A stretch of 22,262 bases of DNA from positions 1 to 22,262 of the IMG/VR virus record IMGVR_UViG_3300045988_036280; one strand, 5' to 3'. The notes beneath the pieces were generated by a model that did no database searches, was not told where the DNA came from, and saw nothing but the letters and a program-made list of their open reading frames with translations. Numbering within the stretch: position 1 is the first letter of the stretch; each line of letters begins with the position of its first letter. Positions 19,521 to 22,262 of the stretch are shown one piece after another. Made by a program: the position numbers and the translations under genes. Origin of the DNA: a virus (Duplodnaviria; Heunggongvirae; Uroviricota; Caudoviricetes).

Positions 19521-20588
19521 TTTGATTTCAATTTTGTCCCACTCCCTGCCTCTGTCATCACGATACTGTGATGCCATGGTGTCCGACTTATGCCCGAGAA
19601 GATGTTGAGCAAACTTATCGCTTATCTGCTTCTCATAGAGTCTTGCAGACAAACTGCGCAACTCGTGAAAGGTAGGCGGATCCCCTTCGAAGGAAAGACC
19701 TGATGCTTTTCGTGCGCGCATAAAATACCTTGATACTGTGCCGGATGAAAGCGGTTCACGACGAGTAGATGCAATTATGGTTTCTCCGCCAAGAATCTCT
19801 TTGCATTTATCAAGTGTTTCCTTCATTGATATCCCGAGAGCATCAACATGCAATGCTGTTGGGATGGCAATTTTTACGCCTGTTTTGCTTTGCTCGACAT
19901 AAAGATATCCATCTACGATATCAGACCACTTCATTTCGCATAAATCACCAACTCGTTGCCCGGTAACAACAGCCAGTTCCATTGCAAGTCTGAGCCAACA
20001 TGGTGATGATTCTGCTGCTTGATAAATTTTCAGGTATTCGTCAGCTGTAAGTCTTGATCTCCTTACCTCTGATTTTGCTGCGCGAGTGGCAGCGACCGGG
20101 TTTGTTGTTATATGGCCTTCAGCTATTGCCTCTCGGAATGCATCGCTCAGTGTTGATCTGATTAACTTGGCTGACGCCGCCTTGCCATCGTCTATGTATC
20201 CATTGAGCATTGCCGCAATTTCTTTTGTGGTGATGTCTTCAAGTGGAGCATCAGGCAGACCCCTCCTTATTGCTTTAATTTTGCTCATGTAATTTATGAG
20301 TGTCTTCTGCTTGATTCCTCTGCTGGCGAGGATTTTTTCGTAGCGATCAAGCCATGAATGTAACGTAACAGAATTATCACTGTTGATTCTTGCTGTCAGA
20401 GGCTTGTGTTTGGGTCCTGAGAATAACTCAATGTTGGCCTGTATAGCTTCAGTGATTGCTATCCTTCTGTCTCTGCCTAATCCGAACTCTTTACCCGTCC
20501 TTGGGTCCCTGTAGCAGTAATATCCATTGTTTCTTATATAAAGATTAGGGGGTAAATCCCGGCGCTCATGACTTCGCCTTCTTCCCAT
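19518..20588 (-). CDS. int: Lambda integrase (tyrosine recombinase, 356 aa)
   Basis: MGRRRSHERRDLPPNLYIRNNGYYCYRDPRTGKEFGLGRDRR...DKIEIK is essentially lambda Int as recalled; stop codon lies in the P' arm. Confidence 0.97.
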   Translation of the reverse strand: MGRRRSHERRDLPPNLYIRNNGYYCYRDPRTGKEFGLGRDRRIAITEAIQANIELFSGPKHKPLTARINSDNSVTLHSWLDRYEKILASRGIKQKTLINYMSKIKAIRRGLPDAPLEDITTKEIAAMLNGYIDDGKAASAKLIRSTLSDAFREAIAEGHITTNPVAATRAAKSEVRRSRLTADEYLKIYQAAESSPCWLRLAMELAVVTGQRVGDLCEMKWSDIVDGYLYVEQSKTGVKIAIPTALHVDALGISMKETLDKCKEILGGETIIASTRREPLSSGTVSRYFMRARKASGLSFEGDPPTFHELRSLSARLYEKQISDKFAQHLLGHKSDTMASQYRDDRGREWDKIEIK

Positions 20589-20784
20589 TTCTGATCCTCT
20601 TCAAAAGGCTACCTGTTACTGGTCGATTTAAGTCAACCTTTACCGCTGATTCGTGGAACAGATACTCTCTTCCGTCCTTAACCGGAGGAGGGAATATCCT
20701 GCATTCGCGTACCCATCGACGAACTGTTTCAAGGCTTCTTGGGCGTCGCTGGCGAGCGTTCCACTCCTGAAGTGTCAAGTACAT
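20566..20784 (-). CDS. xis: Lambda excisionase (72 aa)
   Basis: MYLTLQEWNARQRRPRSLETVRRWVRECRIFPPPVKDGREYLFHESAVKVDL matches lambda Xis; 23 nt overlap with the int start, as in lambda. Confidence 0.95.
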   Translation of the reverse strand: MYLTLQEWNARQRRPRSLETVRRWVRECRIFPPPVKDGREYLFHESAVKVDLNRPVTGSLLKRIRNGKKAKS

Positions 20785-20807
20785 CGCAAAGTCTCCGCAA
20801 TTACACG

Positions 20808-20835
20808 CAAGAAAAAACCGCCATCAGGCGGTTTT
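20808..20835 (-). terminator. Hairpin plus T-run between the orf55-like gene and xis (possible attenuator for leftward transcription)
   Basis: 9 bp stem aaaaccgcc/ggcggtttt (20814-20822 with 20827-20835), loop atca; six T on the minus strand at 20808-20813; the orf55 stop codon lies in the loop. Confidence 0.35.
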
Positions 20836-20991
20836 GTGTTCTTTCAGTTCTTCAATTCGAATATTGGTTACGTCTGCATGTGCTATCTGCGCCCATATCA
20901 TCAAGTGGTTATAGCAGTCGTTGAAGTCCTCTGCTTCGATAACCCTGTTGAATGGTTCTCCATTCCATTCACCTGTGACTCGGAAGTGCAT
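20824..20991 (-). CDS. Small ORF (55 aa, MHFRVTGEWNGEPFNRVIEAEDFNDCYNHLMIWAQIAHADVTNIRIEELKEHKTA), lambda orf55-like by position and size
   Basis: Below the ORF-track cutoff; found by hand. GGAGA Shine-Dalgarno before the ATG; same position (just upstream of xis on the leftward transcript) and length as lambda orf55. Confidence 0.45.
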   Translation of the reverse strand: MHFRVTGEWNGEPFNRVIEAEDFNDCYNHLMIWAQIAHADVTNIRIEELKEHKTA

Positions 20992-21091
20992 TTATCATCT
21001 CCATAAAACAAAACCCGCCGTAGCGAGTTCAGATAAAAGAAATCCCCGCGAGTGCGAGGATTGTTATTCACCTTTGACGGCAAGTTGCAGG

Positions 21092-21631
21092 TTAGCCACG
21101 GTTAACCTCCTGCGGTGGTTCCGGTAGTGGCATCCAATTGATTACATCGCATTCAGGGATGCTGATATCATCACCAAGCCACCCTTGACCTTCAGACCAG
21201 CATTGCACGTAATACCCGTATTTTGTGTTCACTACGCACCACTGCGCGTCGTTCGGCATTCGCTCACTACAGCTTATCCAACCATCCGGAGTTACCGGCG
21301 CTGGCTGGGCGGTATAAAGCGGTGTTATATCTGCCCGAAAATTACATGCTTTATGCAGCCGCACCCACCGTTCGACTTCTGCTTTGTCAGAATACATACC
21401 AGTGAACGTGTTATATTCACGGTCAATTTGCGTGAATGTTACCTTCCACGCCACCGGCTCTGCTTCCAGCGATGCCAGTGCAATCCGTGCCAGTTCCAGT
21501 TCCCGTTCAACCATCTCAAGAACAACTTTGCAGTCCTCACCTTCTTTGCTAGCACGTCCTTTCAAGTCTTCCAGATAACTAACGCTTTCGCGTGCATGGG
21601 AGATTAACTGTTCTTTGGTAAAAGTTGTCAT
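21092..21631 (-). CDS. Ea22-like protein with a DUF551-like C-terminal domain (179 aa from the ATG at 21631; ORF is open to 21721)
   Basis: Coiled-coil middle region; C-terminus DGWISCSERMPNDAQWCVVNTKYGYYVQCWSEGQGWLGDDISIPECDVINWMPLPEPP resembles DUF551; the ATG at 21631 follows an AAGGAAAG ribosome-binding site and abuts the upstream ORF stop. Confidence 0.6.
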   Translation of the reverse strand: MTTFTKEQLISHARESVSYLEDLKGRASKEGEDCKVVLEMVERELELARIALASLEAEPVAWKVTFTQIDREYNTFTGMYSDKAEVERWVRLHKACNFRADITPLYTAQPAPVTPDGWISCSERMPNDAQWCVVNTKYGYYVQCWSEGQGWLGDDISIPECDVINWMPLPEPPQEVNRG

Positions 21632-21632
21632 A

Positions 21633-21851
21633 TCAGCTTTCCTTGTACGGGTTAATTTTATTGTGTAGTGCGTTGAACGACGCCCATACCACGTCGTTAT
21701 ACAATTCAATAACTGGCTCAATTATTTTCCCGATTGCCCAGACAAAAATTAGCGGGGATATCGGTATCATCAACACGATAAACAGAATGAGAAACATGAT
21801 TTCTATTGTCCTGCTTCTTCGCGGATATTCTTTTCTGAATAATGTAGGCAC
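21633..21851 (-). CDS. Small hydrophobic early-left ORF (72 aa from GTG, 54 aa from the internal ATG), lambda orf61-like by position
   Basis: ORF only; predicted membrane helix (MFLILFIVLMIPISPLIFVWAIG); translationally coupled to the Ea22-like gene. Confidence 0.35.
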   Translation of the reverse strand: MPTLFRKEYPRRSRTIEIMFLILFIVLMIPISPLIFVWAIGKIIEPVIELYNDVVWASFNALHNKINPYKES

Positions 21852-21852
21852 A

Positions 21853-22041
21853 TCACTCTCCTTTAGTGCGCAAGTGGTTTTTCCAGCGGTTTTGCGCCGC
21901 GCTGGGTTTGTTAAGAAAACACATCACGATATCAGCCGTGTTTGTGAACAATCCCATTCTGCGGTTACTGAGTTTTAACCATTGCTGGACGCCGCGCGCG
22001 TTTCTACAGGTCAAAAGAATTTTTGCTTTACGGTTTTTCAT
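21853..22041 (-). CDS. Small early-left ORF (62 aa), lambda orf63-like by position
   Basis: ORF only; tightly packed with neighbouring ORFs on the leftward transcript. Confidence 0.35.
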   Translation of the reverse strand: MKNRKAKILLTCRNARGVQQWLKLSNRRMGLFTNTADIVMCFLNKPSAAQNRWKNHLRTKGE

Positions 22042-22220
22042 CGTTTTGTTCTCCTGCGTTTGCGTTTCTTTGCTGCTCGTCGTGCCGCTGCAATACCGGT
22101 ATGGCGGCGCTTTGGTGCCGGGATGATGTTGTCAGCCATCAGGACATGTGGCTTTGCAATTAGCGCAGGAGCCCAAAAACGAGTCGGGTACGTTAACAAG
22201 CCGAAAAATGCCACACGCAT
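22038..22220 (-). CDS. Small basic early-left ORF (60 aa, C-terminus KKRKRRRTKR), lambda orf60a-like by position
   Basis: GGGAGG Shine-Dalgarno before the ATG; start overlaps the upstream ORF stop (TAATG). Confidence 0.4.
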   Translation of the reverse strand: MRVAFFGLLTYPTRFWAPALIAKPHVLMADNIIPAPKRRHTGIAAARRAAKKRKRRRTKR

Positions 22221-22262
22221 TACTCACCTCCCTTACCCTGAAGCATGGCGGCGCGATAGGCG
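22220..22262 (-). CDS. 3' end of an upstream minus-strand gene truncated by the window edge (ends ...AYRAAMLQGKGGE)
   Basis: Open frame running to the window edge with its stop overlapping the orf60a-like start; does not match the lambda Exo C-terminus as I recall it, so identity is unknown. Confidence 0.3.
   Translation of the reverse strand, partial: AYRAAMLQGKGGE

Noticed and set aside
20901-21083. 60 aa minus-strand ORF between xis and the Ea22-like gene
   Set aside because: Overlaps the better-supported 55-codon ORF (20824-20991), which has a Shine-Dalgarno site and matches lambda orf55 in position and size.
1-22262. CRISPR arrays, rRNA or large tandem repeats
   Set aside because: No spaced direct repeats or rRNA-like sequence were seen on reading; the only repetition is heptad or low-complexity coding repeats (tail needle coiled coil, Q-rich portal C-terminus, ejection proteins).

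Overview
The window is a mosaic temperate-phage genome segment in the vegetative (non-integrated) gene order. It starts in the 3' end of the lysis cassette (Rz with embedded Rz1), then runs through a P22-like headful-packaging and virion module on the + strand: small and large terminase (gp3, gp2), portal (gp1), scaffold (gp8), coat (gp5), gp4, gp10, tail needle (gp26, with an Sf6-type C-terminal extension), gp14 and the ejection proteins gp7, gp20 and gp16. An orphan Mnt-like repressor on the minus strand is followed by a tailspike (P22-like head-binding domain, unrelated AT-rich receptor-binding domain) and an AT-rich acyltransferase-3 family O-antigen acetyltransferase (Oac-like). The right end is a lambda-type attP (core GCTTTTTTATACTAA) with a tI/sib-like hairpin, lambda int and xis, and lambda-like early-left small ORFs including an Ea22-like gene. 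The most unusual feature is an HNH homing endonuclease cassette inserted at the 5' end of gene 10: a 34-codon remnant of the original gp10 N-terminus is left upstream, and the cassette supplies a heavily recoded replacement N-terminus. All protein identifications rest on by-eye translation and recalled family sequences; no database search or computation was run.
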